A stretch of 64,000 bases of DNA from Candidatus Hadarchaeota archaeon (GCA_964452145.1 CAYVLA010000006.1:19876-83875), one strand, 5' to 3'. Positions 1 through 10,787 are shown, counted from the first letter of the stretch. The notes: generated from the letters alone by a model not told the origin. A program made the numbers and translations.

Positions 1-76
1 CACGTTTCACATGTCCAGTCTGCATTCCCCATTATCGTCATAAACGATGCTACCCAACCTCATAGCAGGTGATTGT

Positions 77-223
77 GTGGACAAGAAGGATCTGGCAGCC
101 GTGGTCCTGATGATCTTGGTCGGCATAGCGGCAAGGATCCTCATCCTCTTGTTCGACCAGGGCAAGCGTACTAGGCCCCGGAAGATCAATTGGTCTGAGC
201 ATAGATGGAGCAGGGACGACTGA
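77..223 (+). CDS. Small single-TM membrane peptide (48 aa), not in the ORF track
   Basis: GGTGAT RBS at 68-73, GTG at 77, TGA at 221-223. Translation MDKKDLAAVVLMILVGIAARILILLFDQGKRTRPRKINWSEHRWSRDD is a hydrophobic helix followed by a basic tail. Confidence 0.55.
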   Translation: MDKKDLAAVVLMILVGIAARILILLFDQGKRTRPRKINWSEHRWSRDD

Positions 224-233
224 AGACATGCCA

Positions 234-1355
234 TCAGAAATCCATATCGATGCAATACTTCTCCATAGCGTCACAGAGGGCTTCAATATTCTCCAGGGGC
301 ACATTGGTGCCGCTCACTTCCCCCTTCATCATTAGGCCCCCTTCAGGGGAGTTCAGTCTTTCCACCGACTCTCTCACATGGGTGTGCAGAAGTTCAGGCG
401 TGGTGAAGGCGAACATCTGTCTATCGAGATCCAGATCGATACACATCTTGCCCTTGTAGGCCCTCTCTATCCCCTCCAAGGTATTGGCCCGGAATTGGGG
501 ATCATGAACCGAGACCCCACACTCGATAAGATCGTCAACGATCTCCACAAGCCGCCCATCCGAAGAGAGGTGGACATGCACACCTGCATCGCGACATCTG
601 GTGAAGAGGGCTTTGTACAACGGCTTGATGTGTTTACGGAACTGGGCCGGGCTGATCATCAACCCTCTCTGCGTGCCTATGTCGGTGTGGAAGCCGATTA
701 TGTCGACGCCCAACTCCAGCCATTTGTCCACCAGGACCGTCTCGTGGTCCTGAAGCATCTTGATCAGCCTGGGCAGCTGGGGTGCATCCGTCACTATGTC
801 CCGCATGAGGTTCTTGAATCCGCGCAGGAAGTACAGCCGATCGAACAGTCTCTCGCCTCCTCCCCAGACCACAAGGCCCAGCTCCCGTCTTCGTCTGATG
901 TCCTTCTTGGTGCTCTCCCAGTCGCGATCCCCGCGCTCGGACTTCGCGAGCGGATCGGGAAACCTGTAGTCATCCAGGGACTGCCAGTCCTCGAGAGGAT
1001 GCCCGACGACCTGCCCCTCTAGCCCGGGCTGGACGTTCCTCCAGACGCATCCCCACTCGTCGGTGTAGTAACCTTCCGCGTAGGCAGCGGGTTGCCGGTC
1101 GAAGTCCACGCTTCCCTTCTTGAAAGCCCCAAAGATGCGCGGATGGGCCATGACTACTTCCTCCAGCTTCTCCCTATAGCACCTCCAGGTGGCCGGAGAG
1201 AAGCCCACCGTACACGGAATCCAGTCCGGACCCCGGAATTCGAGAGCCTTCAGGAAGTTGTCCCTGTAGTCTCGGTTTGGATAGGCGAAGTCGGGGAGCA
1301 CGCCACTCACCAGGCCAGGCGGTCTGGCTGAGAAACCTCCTGAAATAGGTTTCAT
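234..1355 (-). CDS. Uroporphyrinogen decarboxylase / MtaA-CmuA methyltransferase family protein
   Basis: Motifs YTDEWGCVW, GHPLEDW, LFDRLYFLRG, DIGTQRGLMISP and HLSSDG. Start uncertain; the track's 1496 start is probably too long. Confidence 0.85.
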   Translation of the reverse strand: MKPISGGFSARPPGLVSGVLPDFAYPNRDYRDNFLKALEFRGPDWIPCTVGFSPATWRCYREKLEEVVMAHPRIFGAFKKGSVDFDRQPAAYAEGYYTDEWGCVWRNVQPGLEGQVVGHPLEDWQSLDDYRFPDPLAKSERGDRDWESTKKDIRRRRELGLVVWGGGERLFDRLYFLRGFKNLMRDIVTDAPQLPRLIKMLQDHETVLVDKWLELGVDIIGFHTDIGTQRGLMISPAQFRKHIKPLYKALFTRCRDAGVHVHLSSDGRLVEIVDDLIECGVSVHDPQFRANTLEGIERAYKGKMCIDLDLDRQMFAFTTPELLHTHVRESVERLNSPEGGLMMKGEVSGTNVPLENIEALCDAMEKYCIDMDF

Positions 1356-1668
1356 GGTCGATGGTCGAGGTTCCAAGGTCATTGTGTGGTGTATCCTATG
1401 TCTCTGGACACGTGTGCCTAGGGCATTTCCGGAAGCTTTGCGCGTTGTCGCCGTTGGGTCCTGTCGAGAACAGTGCAGATCGGTTGGATACACCACACTA
1501 GACAGGGTTCACCTCAGTCCAGCCCGTATCCTCACTTCGGCAGCATCTCTGGGTCGGATCTTGGCTGCCGAGATGGAGGGGAGGCCAGGCAAAGACCACT
1601 TCTCGATGCCCGCCGGGGCTCTGATCCGTGACGCCCGCAGATACATGCCGGGCCAATGCAACGCACGA

Positions 1669-3630
1669 TCAGGCGCTCGGTTCACGGGGACGCGACCTCA
1701 ACCACGCCAAGTTGAAGGAGTAGTGCTGGCGGCTGCTGATCAAGTGGATGATGCCTCGCGCATCCTGGCAGACGGACAGATACCCTCCTCGCTCGGCACT
1801 GCTGGAGCTCAGGGTGAAGAGGTGTCCATCCGTCGTTTCGACCTGGCGTCCAGGGCCGTCATCCGAGATCAGACGCTTATGCGGCCACGTCTCTCCTTCG
1901 TCCATCGAGATGGCCCCGAACAGGCCCGAGACCGGACGCTCGGTGCCTGATGCATCGGTGATCATCAACTCCTTGGCGAAGGAGGCCAAGAAGATGGGCC
2001 CCTCCTTAAGCCTCAGCAGCACGAGGCGCTGCCCACCGCCTATTGGCTGGAACTCGCTGGCCATGTAGGTCCATGTCTGACCCATGTCGGTCGATATGCT
2101 TTTCGGCAGCTTGCCGTCGATATCATCCCCTCTCCCATACGCCAGTAACCGCCCATCCGAGAGTTGGGTGATGCCAGCGTGTATGCCCGCGGTCTTGCCG
2201 CCGGGGTCGTGCCAAGTCTTTCCGCCATCTCGGCTGATGTGGATGGCCGTCCCTCCGTGGCCCCCGGTTACGGCATCACAAGGCAGGATGATATAACCCT
2301 CCCTGGTCATGAACACCGATTCCACGGGCATGTGGCGGGTGCCGTGCTCGGGGATGATCAGCCTAGCCCTCGACCAAGTTGCGCCGCTGTCCCTGGATGT
2401 CCGCATGACGGTGGCGGTGTTCCCCCAAGTTGCGGCCACGGATAGGCCAACGAACTGGTAGATGGTGGACTTGCCATCGAACCACAGGGCGGGAGCATGA
2501 TCGTTCCGATCCGGCACATCCCAGAAGGGTGATGCGGGATCCCATTCGTCCCGGTCTGGTCTCAGACGACTGGCCAGTAGGCAGAGTTCGCGCCCCGGCT
2601 CCTCCCAACAGGAGTACCATATGGCCAATAGATCCCCATTCGGACAGGGAACTATTGCGGGATCGTGGTTATGGTGCGAGAACATCGGCCCGTTTGACCC
2701 TGGAGGGATCTTGACGTACTTGCGAGGACCTCGGAAGTATGGTTCTTCCGGATCGTAGGCCTCCGGCGGACGCAGTGGCCGCCTCTTTCCCACTCCTTGC
2801 TGGTGGAGCGGGGGCGGCATTACGGGGAGGGGCCTGGTTCTGGGCGGATCCCCGAGGGCGACCCTGAAGCCCAGGAGCCAGTGCTTGTCCTCCGGCAGGG
2901 CGCCCATCCTGTTTGACGAGCGGAGGTAGTAGATCTCCGTGGAATGGCTTCCGCCACGGGTGACGCGAAAGTCACCATCAGCTCGGCCGACTGGGTCGAT
3001 CTGATCGTGAGGCTCGTATGGGCCATACCAGTCCTGGCACCACTCTTCCACGTTCCCATGCATGTCATGAAGTCCCCAGAGATTTGGCGGAGTGCAACCC
3101 ACGGTGAGATCGACGATCTCGTTCTCACTGCTCCGATCCGGATCGGGGTACCAGCTCATCCTCGCGTTCTTGTGGAACTCCTTGGGCAAGGTATCCCCGG
3201 TGTTGTAGTTGCTCGTCGTCCCCGCCCGGCATGCGTATTCCCACTCGGCCTCGGTGGGCAGACGGTAGGCCAGCTTCTCCCTGCGTGACAGCCATCTGCA
3301 GAATCCTGCGGCTTCGTGCCAGCTAACAAAGACCACGGCCTCATCATCGCCCTTGGAGAAGCCCAACTTTCCACGGAGCTTCCGATGATTCCCGTCGTAG
3401 CTTTCATACTGGCGATTTGTGACCTCGAAGGCCCCCAGGTAGAAGGGCCTGGTGATCGTCACCCTGTGGGCGGGTCGTTCGTCGAAGTCGCCCCATGCCA
3501 GATGGGGCCTTGGCGCAACTTCCTTGGGAAGGGGGGTCGAACCCATACCCATCATGAAGCTGCCGGGCTCGATGCGGACCAGCGGCATGCCTAGGGAATT
3601 CGTGAATGCCGGGTCGGAAGCCTTGAGCAT
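1669..3630 (-). CDS. FGE-sulfatase (SUMF1-fold) domain fused to BNR/Asp-box sialidase-like beta-propeller
   Basis: N-terminal half has FMMG, RLPTEAEWEYACRAG, GLHDMHGNVEEWC and RGGS. C-terminal half has four Asp-boxes (SRDSGATW, SRDGGKTW, STDMGQTW, SMDEGETW). Confidence 0.85.
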   Translation of the reverse strand: MLKASDPAFTNSLGMPLVRIEPGSFMMGMGSTPLPKEVAPRPHLAWGDFDERPAHRVTITRPFYLGAFEVTNRQYESYDGNHRKLRGKLGFSKGDDEAVVFVSWHEAAGFCRWLSRREKLAYRLPTEAEWEYACRAGTTSNYNTGDTLPKEFHKNARMSWYPDPDRSSENEIVDLTVGCTPPNLWGLHDMHGNVEEWCQDWYGPYEPHDQIDPVGRADGDFRVTRGGSHSTEIYYLRSSNRMGALPEDKHWLLGFRVALGDPPRTRPLPVMPPPLHQQGVGKRRPLRPPEAYDPEEPYFRGPRKYVKIPPGSNGPMFSHHNHDPAIVPCPNGDLLAIWYSCWEEPGRELCLLASRLRPDRDEWDPASPFWDVPDRNDHAPALWFDGKSTIYQFVGLSVAATWGNTATVMRTSRDSGATWSRARLIIPEHGTRHMPVESVFMTREGYIILPCDAVTGGHGGTAIHISRDGGKTWHDPGGKTAGIHAGITQLSDGRLLAYGRGDDIDGKLPKSISTDMGQTWTYMASEFQPIGGGQRLVLLRLKEGPIFLASFAKELMITDASGTERPVSGLFGAISMDEGETWPHKRLISDDGPGRQVETTDGHLFTLSSSSAERGGYLSVCQDARGIIHLISSRQHYSFNLAWLRSRPREPSA

Positions 3631-3707
3631 GTCGCGGCCGTGGGGTCCAGGACTCAAGAATGTATTGCGGCTTTCTCTCGGGGCCTGCAGAAGGCATACA
3701 CCCAGCC

Positions 3708-5297
3708 CTATTCGTCAAGGATGCTCAGCGCCTGGTCCGAGTGGGCGTCCATCACATATGGTATCCCTGATATCCTAGCTGCTTCCTCGCTTAGGGCCAT
3801 CAGATCGTTCCGGCTGATGGCGGACAAGCTGAAATTCCTGCTGCCTGCCATGAGCTGCTGCAGGCCCACCTTGAGCTTGCTGCAGAAGGTGTACATGCTG
3901 AGGGCCCCGAGGGGGATCTGCTCGATCTGGTTTCCGTAGATGGCCCGGAGTTCCTCATAGCAGACGAAGATCTCCTCAACCTTGCTGCCGTATCGAGCAA
4001 CGTTCTTGGGCAGATCACCACCCTGAAGCCACCGTCCGATGTTCTTGCCCACCATCGCCGGTATCATCAAGGCACGCCCCATGCAGACGGCTTTGAAGTA
4101 TGGGCTGCCCATGGCTAAGGCCTTGAAGATACCATCCTCCGTCGAGAAACCCCCGGCCATGGCCAGGTCGGGCACCCTAAGTCCGCGCCCAGTGAGCCGC
4201 TCGGCGAATCGGTGGGCAAGGCTCTGGAGGTAGAAGGTGGGTATTCCCCACTCGTTCATCATCGGCCAGGGGCTCATCCCGGTTCCCCCGGGTGCACCAT
4301 CGATGGTGACCAGGTCGATCTTGGCCTCCGATCCGTAGCGCAATGCCATTGCGAGTTCAATCGGCGAGTAGGCTCCCGTCTTAAGAGTGATCCTCTTGAA
4401 GCCCAGGGCCCGGAGGCGGTCTATCTCCTCCAGGAATCCCTCCCTAGTGACGAAGCCCAGACGCGAGTGCCTCTCGAACTCCCTGAGAGCGCCGCCGCCG
4501 TAGGCCTTCTTGGTCTCACTGTGATTGGGGTCCGGCACGACGATGTATCCTCTCCTCTTCAGCTCGGTCGCTCTCTCCACGTCACTAACCCTTATCTCCC
4601 CGCCGATGCACTTGGCCCCCTGGCCCCACTTCAGCTCAATTGTTTCCAGCCCATGCTTGGAAGAGACGTACTCCGCCACGCCGAACCGAGTGTCCTCTAC
4701 GTTCATCTGAACAAGGATCTCGCCGTAGCCTGAGTGAAACCGTCTGTAGGTCTCTATTCGGCGATCCATCTCCGGAGACTTTGTCACCTTGCCTCCGGCG
4801 TCGAGCCGAAGATCGGGGTCGATTCCACACACGTTTTCACCGCAGACCAGAGTTATGCCAGATATGGCCGCCCCGATGGCGACGTGCTCCCAGTTGGTCC
4901 GAGCTATATCCGTGGAGCCCAGTGCTCCCGTGAAGATGGGAAGCTTCATCCTCACCTTGCCAGACCAGCCATATTCGGTCTCCACGTTGACGCTGGGAAA
5001 GATGGCGGTATCGGGCCCTGCCTCGACTCCATTGTTCAGGCCCTTTGCTCCGGCAGCGTATCCCTGTATGTTGAGATGTGAGTAGTCCACGGGATAGTTC
5101 TTGTCGGCCCCGACCGTGACCTCCCCGAAAGGACCCGGGTAGAGGACCTCTCGGCCCCGGAAGGAAGCCAGCCAGATCTCACAACTCCCGGTACATCCAT
5201 CGATGCACCGGGTACAGATACCGGACATGGGAACGACGCTTCGTGAGCGGTTGTGGGTTCCGGTCGCCTCGTTTGCATTCGGCTGCCTGAGATTCAT
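3708..5297 (-). CDS. FMN-binding glutamate synthase family protein (stand-alone)
   Basis: IELKWGQGAKCIGGE, TIDGAPGGTGM, AGG and AVCMGRA motifs, plus an N-terminal CTRCIDGCTGSC cluster. Likely start MNLRQPNANEA at 5297. Confidence 0.9.
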   Translation of the reverse strand: MNLRQPNANEATGTHNRSRSVVPMSGICTRCIDGCTGSCEIWLASFRGREVLYPGPFGEVTVGADKNYPVDYSHLNIQGYAAGAKGLNNGVEAGPDTAIFPSVNVETEYGWSGKVRMKLPIFTGALGSTDIARTNWEHVAIGAAISGITLVCGENVCGIDPDLRLDAGGKVTKSPEMDRRIETYRRFHSGYGEILVQMNVEDTRFGVAEYVSSKHGLETIELKWGQGAKCIGGEIRVSDVERATELKRRGYIVVPDPNHSETKKAYGGGALREFERHSRLGFVTREGFLEEIDRLRALGFKRITLKTGAYSPIELAMALRYGSEAKIDLVTIDGAPGGTGMSPWPMMNEWGIPTFYLQSLAHRFAERLTGRGLRVPDLAMAGGFSTEDGIFKALAMGSPYFKAVCMGRALMIPAMVGKNIGRWLQGGDLPKNVARYGSKVEEIFVCYEELRAIYGNQIEQIPLGALSMYTFCSKLKVGLQQLMAGSRNFSLSAISRNDLMALSEEAARISGIPYVMDAHSDQALSILDE

Positions 5298-5535
5298 CCG
5301 TCTCGCCATCTTTCGCTTGTTGCCTCTGCCCGAACGCAATCCCTGCGCATGTGAGGAGCGTGCGGGCGCAGAGGACCATGACTCAGAGCGGCCGCATCTG
5401 ATGAACAATCCATACAAGCAGTATGTATGCGTACCCACACTACGTATGCAATTGCCTACCGGATGAAGGCCTGCAACTCGATGGCGCTCTGACCGATCTC
5501 ATCCCGTCAGGGAGGCCTGAGAACCCCCGCGACCG

Positions 5536-6738
5536 CTACGGATCCATGGCGTTCTGATAATACCTGAGGGCTTCTCTGAAAGTGCTCAGAGGCCTCCTTG
5601 ACATATCTGCTACCCCGGTGATCCGCTCGGTTCTGGAGTCCAAGACGGGCGATACCTGCTGCTCGGTGTAGCGAGTGGCCCTGTAGACATGCCTTCCCTG
5701 ATTTGCAGGCCCCTGCCCTAGGAAAGGCGACCAGTAATCCCAGACTATCTCCCTATGCGGCGTCACTTCAAAGATCCTTCCGGCGTCAGATTCGCAGATC
5801 AGCGTGTTCCCGTTTTCCAGCCTCTGCACTCCCGAGCGGAAGGGGGAGTAGAAATCCGGCCCTTGCTCATAACGCCAGACGATTTCGGAGCTCTGGGGAT
5901 TCATCTCAATGACGGCCGACTGGCCTCTGTAGGTTCCGTTGTCGAACAGGAGGATGTTGCCGTTCCCAAGCATGGTCGGTTGGTGCTGGCCATCGAGGAT
6001 CCCCAGACCCCATGCCCAGGATATCTCCTCCCTCTTCCTGTCGATGACCCCTATCAAGTCAAGAGCCCTGAAACTGAAAAGAAGGTTGCCCGCCCGAAAT
6101 CTCCGATCGCGGTGACCTAGAGGTGTGTCGGGAAGAAGCTCGATCGTATTTGTGTGGGCCCAGTCAGCCGGCGCCACCTCGCTCTCGACCCCGATGTGAT
6201 CCCTGCGGGAGTATCGGACCGGGCAGGGCAGGCCCGCAAGCTCGTGGAGTTCTTCGATGTGATCACCGAACGAAAACTCCCATACCGGTCGCCCCGAGCG
6301 ATCCAACTCCAAGACAACGTCCGTACGCATGTGATCGGGTTCCTTGCCCTGTGCATAGAATCCCTTCCGGACCGGTTCACTCCTCGCAATGAGCAAGATC
6401 GTGTTTCCGTTGGGCAACCTCTCGAAGTCGTGGTGGTAGTCGCCCTTCCAGCTCCATGCCTCCCTTCCATCCGGAGCGAGTTCCTGAAGACCGTACCCGT
6501 AGTTGTCCACCAAGAGATCCCCGTCCGGTAGGATCTCGGCATACTGGGAGTGGGTGACCGGCCAAGTGTGGATGACAAGCCCATTCATGTCTATCAGATA
6601 CTCGGTGTAGCCAAAGGCGGTTGAGAAGAGCGTGTAGCCATGATAGGCCTTGCCTTTGTCGTATACCCTGACGCCCGCCCTACCAGGCGAAACGCGATCC
6701 ATGGGCGAGGCGGTTCGGATGACGCCTTGATGGTACAA
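5536..6738 (-). CDS. Aryl-sulfate sulfotransferase (ASST) family protein, no signal peptide
   Basis: GYTLF, YHHDFERLPNGNT, DWAHTN, QHQP, LLFDNG and QRLENGNTLI motifs. TTTATA box and GAGG precede a TTG at 6738. Confidence 0.85.
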   Translation of the reverse strand: MYHQGVIRTASPMDRVSPGRAGVRVYDKGKAYHGYTLFSTAFGYTEYLIDMNGLVIHTWPVTHSQYAEILPDGDLLVDNYGYGLQELAPDGREAWSWKGDYHHDFERLPNGNTILLIARSEPVRKGFYAQGKEPDHMRTDVVLELDRSGRPVWEFSFGDHIEELHELAGLPCPVRYSRRDHIGVESEVAPADWAHTNTIELLPDTPLGHRDRRFRAGNLLFSFRALDLIGVIDRKREEISWAWGLGILDGQHQPTMLGNGNILLFDNGTYRGQSAVIEMNPQSSEIVWRYEQGPDFYSPFRSGVQRLENGNTLICESDAGRIFEVTPHREIVWDYWSPFLGQGPANQGRHVYRATRYTEQQVSPVLDSRTERITGVADMSRRPLSTFREALRYYQNAMDP

Positions 6739-6902
6739 GGTTGGTTCCTCGGTCGGGGAAGGGGTCGCCGGGTATAAATCGCTCTCGCCTCCAGCGCGGT
6801 TGAGACTTTCACATCCGGATTCCTCCAAGGATTCGCTCCGTGCATCGGAAGATAGGAAAGATAGATCACCTCCGCTCAGGGATGCGGCCCCCAAGATCCC
6901 CT

Positions 6903-8282
6903 ATGAACGGACGGCTCGCGGTAGAACTGCTCTTCCTGGCGTCCAGCGTGACGACGATCCTACTCATACTAAGGCGTCCGTACCTGTACATACGCCTCGG
7001 CAGAAGGGAGGTGAAGGTCAACTCCTACTTCCTGGGGGCCCTCGTGGGGCCCGTGCTGATCATGATCCTAGGGCTTCTAAACTACGCCCAGATCCTTGCC
7101 GGACTGGAAGGGGATGGCCACCTCAACCCTTTCGGAATCCTCATACTTTTCCTCTCGATGGTCTTCCTCAGCATCTTCCTAGACATAGCCGGCTTCTTCG
7201 AGTTCTGCGCGAGGTGGGCGTTGCGGTTTGCTGGCAACGACGGCAGACGCCTGTTTCTGGCTTTCTACGCCACCGTATCCTTCCTCACCGTTTTCACCTC
7301 CAACGACATAGTGGTGCTCACCTTCACGCCCTTCATCTACTACTTCACAAGAGAAGCCGGGATCAACCCGAAACCATATCTGATAGCCGAGTTCTTCGGC
7401 GCAAACACTTGGAGCATGATGCTCTACATCGGCAACCCCACCAACATCCTCCTGGCCTCGGCCTTCGGGCTGAGATTCGCCCAATACTTGCAATGGATGG
7501 CTCTCCCGACCATCGCGGCGGGGACGGGCAATCTTCTGATGCTGTACCTCCTCTTTCGCAAGGAGATAAGCAGACCGATCACAACGAGGATGAACGGCAA
7601 GCCATCCGACGCCATCACCGATCGAACCGGCGCGGCGCTTGGCCTTCTGCTACTGGCCGGCTGCGTCATTGCTCTGGCGATCGCCCCCTCACTGGGACTC
7701 GAGATGTGGATCGTCTCGCTGTCCTTCGCCCTTGCGCTCACCATCATCCTCGTCGCGCGGAGCAGCTACGTCGCCGTCCTGAGGAGAAACCTCAAGGATG
7801 CGATTTCGCCTCAGGTCAGGTCCACCGTGTGGAGGATGCCCTGGCCAGTGGTCCCCTTCTTGATCTCCCTCTTCATCACGGTGGAAGCCCTCAGGATTTA
7901 CGGGGTCACATCCGAGGTGGGCCACATCCTTGCAGGGCTTGTTGGCAGTTCAGCAGCCGGCCACGTGTTTGTCTACGGATTCTCCTCGGCCCTTGCGGCC
8001 AACGTGCTGAACAACATCCCCATGACGGTGGCTTTCGCGGCTATCCTGCGCAGCGCACCCGTCGACCATCTCCTGGGGACCGTCCTGGCCACAACCGTTG
8101 GTTCCAATCTCGGCGCAAATATCACCCCCATAGGTGCCCTGGCCGGCATCATGTGGATGAGCATACTGCGGAACAAGGGCGTGGACCTGTCGTTCTGGGA
8201 CTTCGTGCGGTACGGCCTGCTCACAACCCCGGTGACCCTGCTCATATGCCTGGGCATACTGGCGATCGAGTTCGCGATCTAG
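6903..8282 (+). CDS. ArsB/NhaD (ion transporter superfamily) membrane transporter
   Basis: About 12-13 hydrophobic segments; TSNDIVVLTFTP, IGNPTN, NNIPMT and GSNLGANITPIGALAG motifs. Confidence 0.88.
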   Translation: MNGRLAVELLFLASSVTTILLILRRPYLYIRLGRREVKVNSYFLGALVGPVLIMILGLLNYAQILAGLEGDGHLNPFGILILFLSMVFLSIFLDIAGFFEFCARWALRFAGNDGRRLFLAFYATVSFLTVFTSNDIVVLTFTPFIYYFTREAGINPKPYLIAEFFGANTWSMMLYIGNPTNILLASAFGLRFAQYLQWMALPTIAAGTGNLLMLYLLFRKEISRPITTRMNGKPSDAITDRTGAALGLLLLAGCVIALAIAPSLGLEMWIVSLSFALALTIILVARSSYVAVLRRNLKDAISPQVRSTVWRMPWPVVPFLISLFITVEALRIYGVTSEVGHILAGLVGSSAAGHVFVYGFSSALAANVLNNIPMTVAFAAILRSAPVDHLLGTVLATTVGSNLGANITPIGALAGIMWMSILRNKGVDLSFWDFVRYGLLTTPVTLLICLGILAIEFAI

Positions 8283-8381
8283 CCAGGTTCGTCCCTGCTT
8301 TGGAGATCGTCCACCCGCGCAGTGGTATTCTTAAGGAGGACCCAGTCCTTGGATGATCGTCTGCTTTCTGAGGCGTTATGC

Positions 8382-10787
8382 ATGGCTCGTAGGACGGAGA
8401 GGCTCTTTCCCATAGATGTCCCCGGGAACGGATGGCGCCGATTTCACGCGTCAGGCTTCGCCCGCCCAGTGTGTGGGGTCGTCTATCGCACGGGAGATGT
8501 TGTCACCAATGGGATGCCGCTTGGCGGAGTTGACACCGGCTGCCTGGATCTGGAGACCACCGGCCTTCTGGGCTATTGCACCATCTTCAACACCCATGTG
8601 CCACGTCGGGGGCCGATCAACCTTCCCCTGCTGGGTCTGAGCGTCTCGGGACGCACCTGGGTTCTCTGCGTTCCTCGCCCCAAAGACGGGGAAGGTGGTT
8701 GGCAGCCCTCGGCCAAGGGCCGCCCCTATCAGATAAGTCGTGATGGCGTCGAGGTCAAGCAGAACCAGCTCATCACTCCGGTTCCCACCCAACTCGACCT
8801 TCGCGGAGTTGGCACGGCCAGGGAGATCCACTATTGGGGCCACTACCCGGTTGCTGATCTGGAGTTTCAGACCGATGCTCCAATCCAGATTGGACTGAGG
8901 GCATGGTCGCCTTTTCTGCCGGGCGACGAGACGTCTTCCATGCTTCCGGCAATCGCCTTGGATGTGCACCTCAGGAACCGAAGCCGATCGCCCAAAGCCG
9001 GCACGATTGCGGCCTCCTTCCCAGGCCCGACCAAGGAGGAAGCGGGATGCGACGTCCTCGCCCGAAAGAAGGTGAGGGGCAATCTCCAGGGAGTGGAGGT
9101 GATCGGATCGAGGACATCGTATCTGCTTGCAGCTGCGGGAGCCAGGAGGACTCGCACTGGAAGCGAGCTGGGTGGAAGCGGCGAGCTTTGGTCGGCGATG
9201 GCAGGCAGACTGCCCGAGCCAGGCCCAGGAGACTCCGGGTCCTCGATCGCGGCTGATTTCCGGCTGCGAGCAAACCAGTCCTCCACAGTCCACTTCATCA
9301 TAGCCTGGCATGCACCGGAGTGGAACGCAGGGGGCTACAACTGGGCTGGTGCCGAGCACGATTTCGCCCACATGTACGCATCCTGCTACCCCAGCGCCCG
9401 ACGGGCCGCCCAACAGCTGTGGAGGAAACATGACCGCCTGCTGGAACGGGTTCTCGCCTGGCAGCAGGTGATCTACGATGAAGAAGACATTCCCGTGTGG
9501 CTGCGGGACTCACTGGTCAACGTGCTGCACCTCATCACGGAGGACGGCCTATGGGCTCAAGCCAAGCCCCCAGTGCCTGATTGGGCAAGGACGGGTGACG
9601 GCCTCTTCGGAATGATAGAATGCCCCCGAGGTTGCCCCCAGATTGAATGCATCCCTTGTTCGTTCTACGGCAACCAGCCCCTTGTCTACTTCTTCCCGAG
9701 GCTGGCGATATCCACGCTGCGGGGCTACAAGGGCTACCAGTACCCGGACGGAGCGCCGCCCTGGATATTTGGAGGTTGCACCGGCCGAACGCCCCCGATA
9801 GACTTCTCCAACCCAACGAAGGGATACCAGTTCGCGACCAACGGCATCTCCCTTGCAGCAATGGTGGATCGATACCGCCTCTGCCACCGGGATGAGGAGT
9901 TCGACATGGAGTTCTACCCCGTCTTGAAAAGGAGCGTTATCTGGACGCTTGGCCTTCGCACGACCCCCTCTTACTCCGCGGGGGACAGGATCATCGCCAT
10001 GCCCGACCCGGACTCCGATGAGTCGGCCAAGCCTCCAACAGAATGGTTCGAGGCTCGGGAACCGGGATGGTTCGGTATGACCGCACACGTAGGCCTCCTC
10101 CACCTCGCAGAACTGCTCATCGCGGAACGCATGGCCAAGGCCTCGGGTGATCTCGCCTTCGCACGGGAATGCGGGGAATGGATCAAGGCGGCTAGGGTGA
10201 GCATGGAGAAGCTTTGGACCGGATCCTACTACATGAACTTCTTGGAGCCTGATACGGGCAAACGGTCGGACCTGGTCTTCGGCTACCAGCTGGATGGGGA
10301 GTGGATCGCGAGACATCACGGGCTTCCGAGCACGATGCCCCTCGACCGCATAGAAACAACCCTTGCGACGATCAGGCGGTGCAATATCGCCCTCAGCAAT
10401 CACGGGGCTGTGAATTACGCAAACCCCGACGGCACCCCGGCCAAAGTTGCAGGTTACGGGACGTTCAGCTACTTCCCGCCGGAGGCCCTGATGCTGGCGA
10501 TGACCTACATCTACCACGGACAGCGCGACCTAGGAGTCGATCTGGCTCACAAAGTCTGGCACAACATAGTCTGCACGCACGGGTACACATGGGACATGCC
10601 GAACATCATGCGCGGCGATGTGGATACCGGTGAGAGAACCTTCGGAAACGACTACTACCAGGACATGATGCTCTGGTCGCTCCCGGCGGCGCTGAAGGGC
10701 CAGGATTTCGGCGGACCCGCCAACCCTGGGGGCCTGGTGGCCCGAATTCTGCGCGCCGCGAGTCACGGAAGAACTCGGTGCCGATGA
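8382..10787 (+). CDS. GH116-family (GBA2-like) glycoside hydrolase
   Basis: GMPLGGVDTG N-terminal motif, YWGHYPVADL, AWSPFLPGD and QLDGEW, with an (alpha/alpha)6-type C-terminus. Confidence 0.82.
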   Translation: MARRTERLFPIDVPGNGWRRFHASGFARPVCGVVYRTGDVVTNGMPLGGVDTGCLDLETTGLLGYCTIFNTHVPRRGPINLPLLGLSVSGRTWVLCVPRPKDGEGGWQPSAKGRPYQISRDGVEVKQNQLITPVPTQLDLRGVGTAREIHYWGHYPVADLEFQTDAPIQIGLRAWSPFLPGDETSSMLPAIALDVHLRNRSRSPKAGTIAASFPGPTKEEAGCDVLARKKVRGNLQGVEVIGSRTSYLLAAAGARRTRTGSELGGSGELWSAMAGRLPEPGPGDSGSSIAADFRLRANQSSTVHFIIAWHAPEWNAGGYNWAGAEHDFAHMYASCYPSARRAAQQLWRKHDRLLERVLAWQQVIYDEEDIPVWLRDSLVNVLHLITEDGLWAQAKPPVPDWARTGDGLFGMIECPRGCPQIECIPCSFYGNQPLVYFFPRLAISTLRGYKGYQYPDGAPPWIFGGCTGRTPPIDFSNPTKGYQFATNGISLAAMVDRYRLCHRDEEFDMEFYPVLKRSVIWTLGLRTTPSYSAGDRIIAMPDPDSDESAKPPTEWFEAREPGWFGMTAHVGLLHLAELLIAERMAKASGDLAFARECGEWIKAARVSMEKLWTGSYYMNFLEPDTGKRSDLVFGYQLDGEWIARHHGLPSTMPLDRIETTLATIRRCNIALSNHGAVNYANPDGTPAKVAGYGTFSYFPPEALMLAMTYIYHGQRDLGVDLAHKVWHNIVCTHGYTWDMPNIMRGDVDTGERTFGNDYYQDMMLWSLPAALKGQDFGGPANPGGLVARILRAASHGRTRCR

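Noticed and set aside
6800..8356. 518-aa ORF overlapping the transporter, plus many 100-330 aa antisense or alternate-frame ORFs
   Set aside because: R/P/G/H-rich shadow frames typical of high-GC coding DNA, overlapping clearly recognisable genes.
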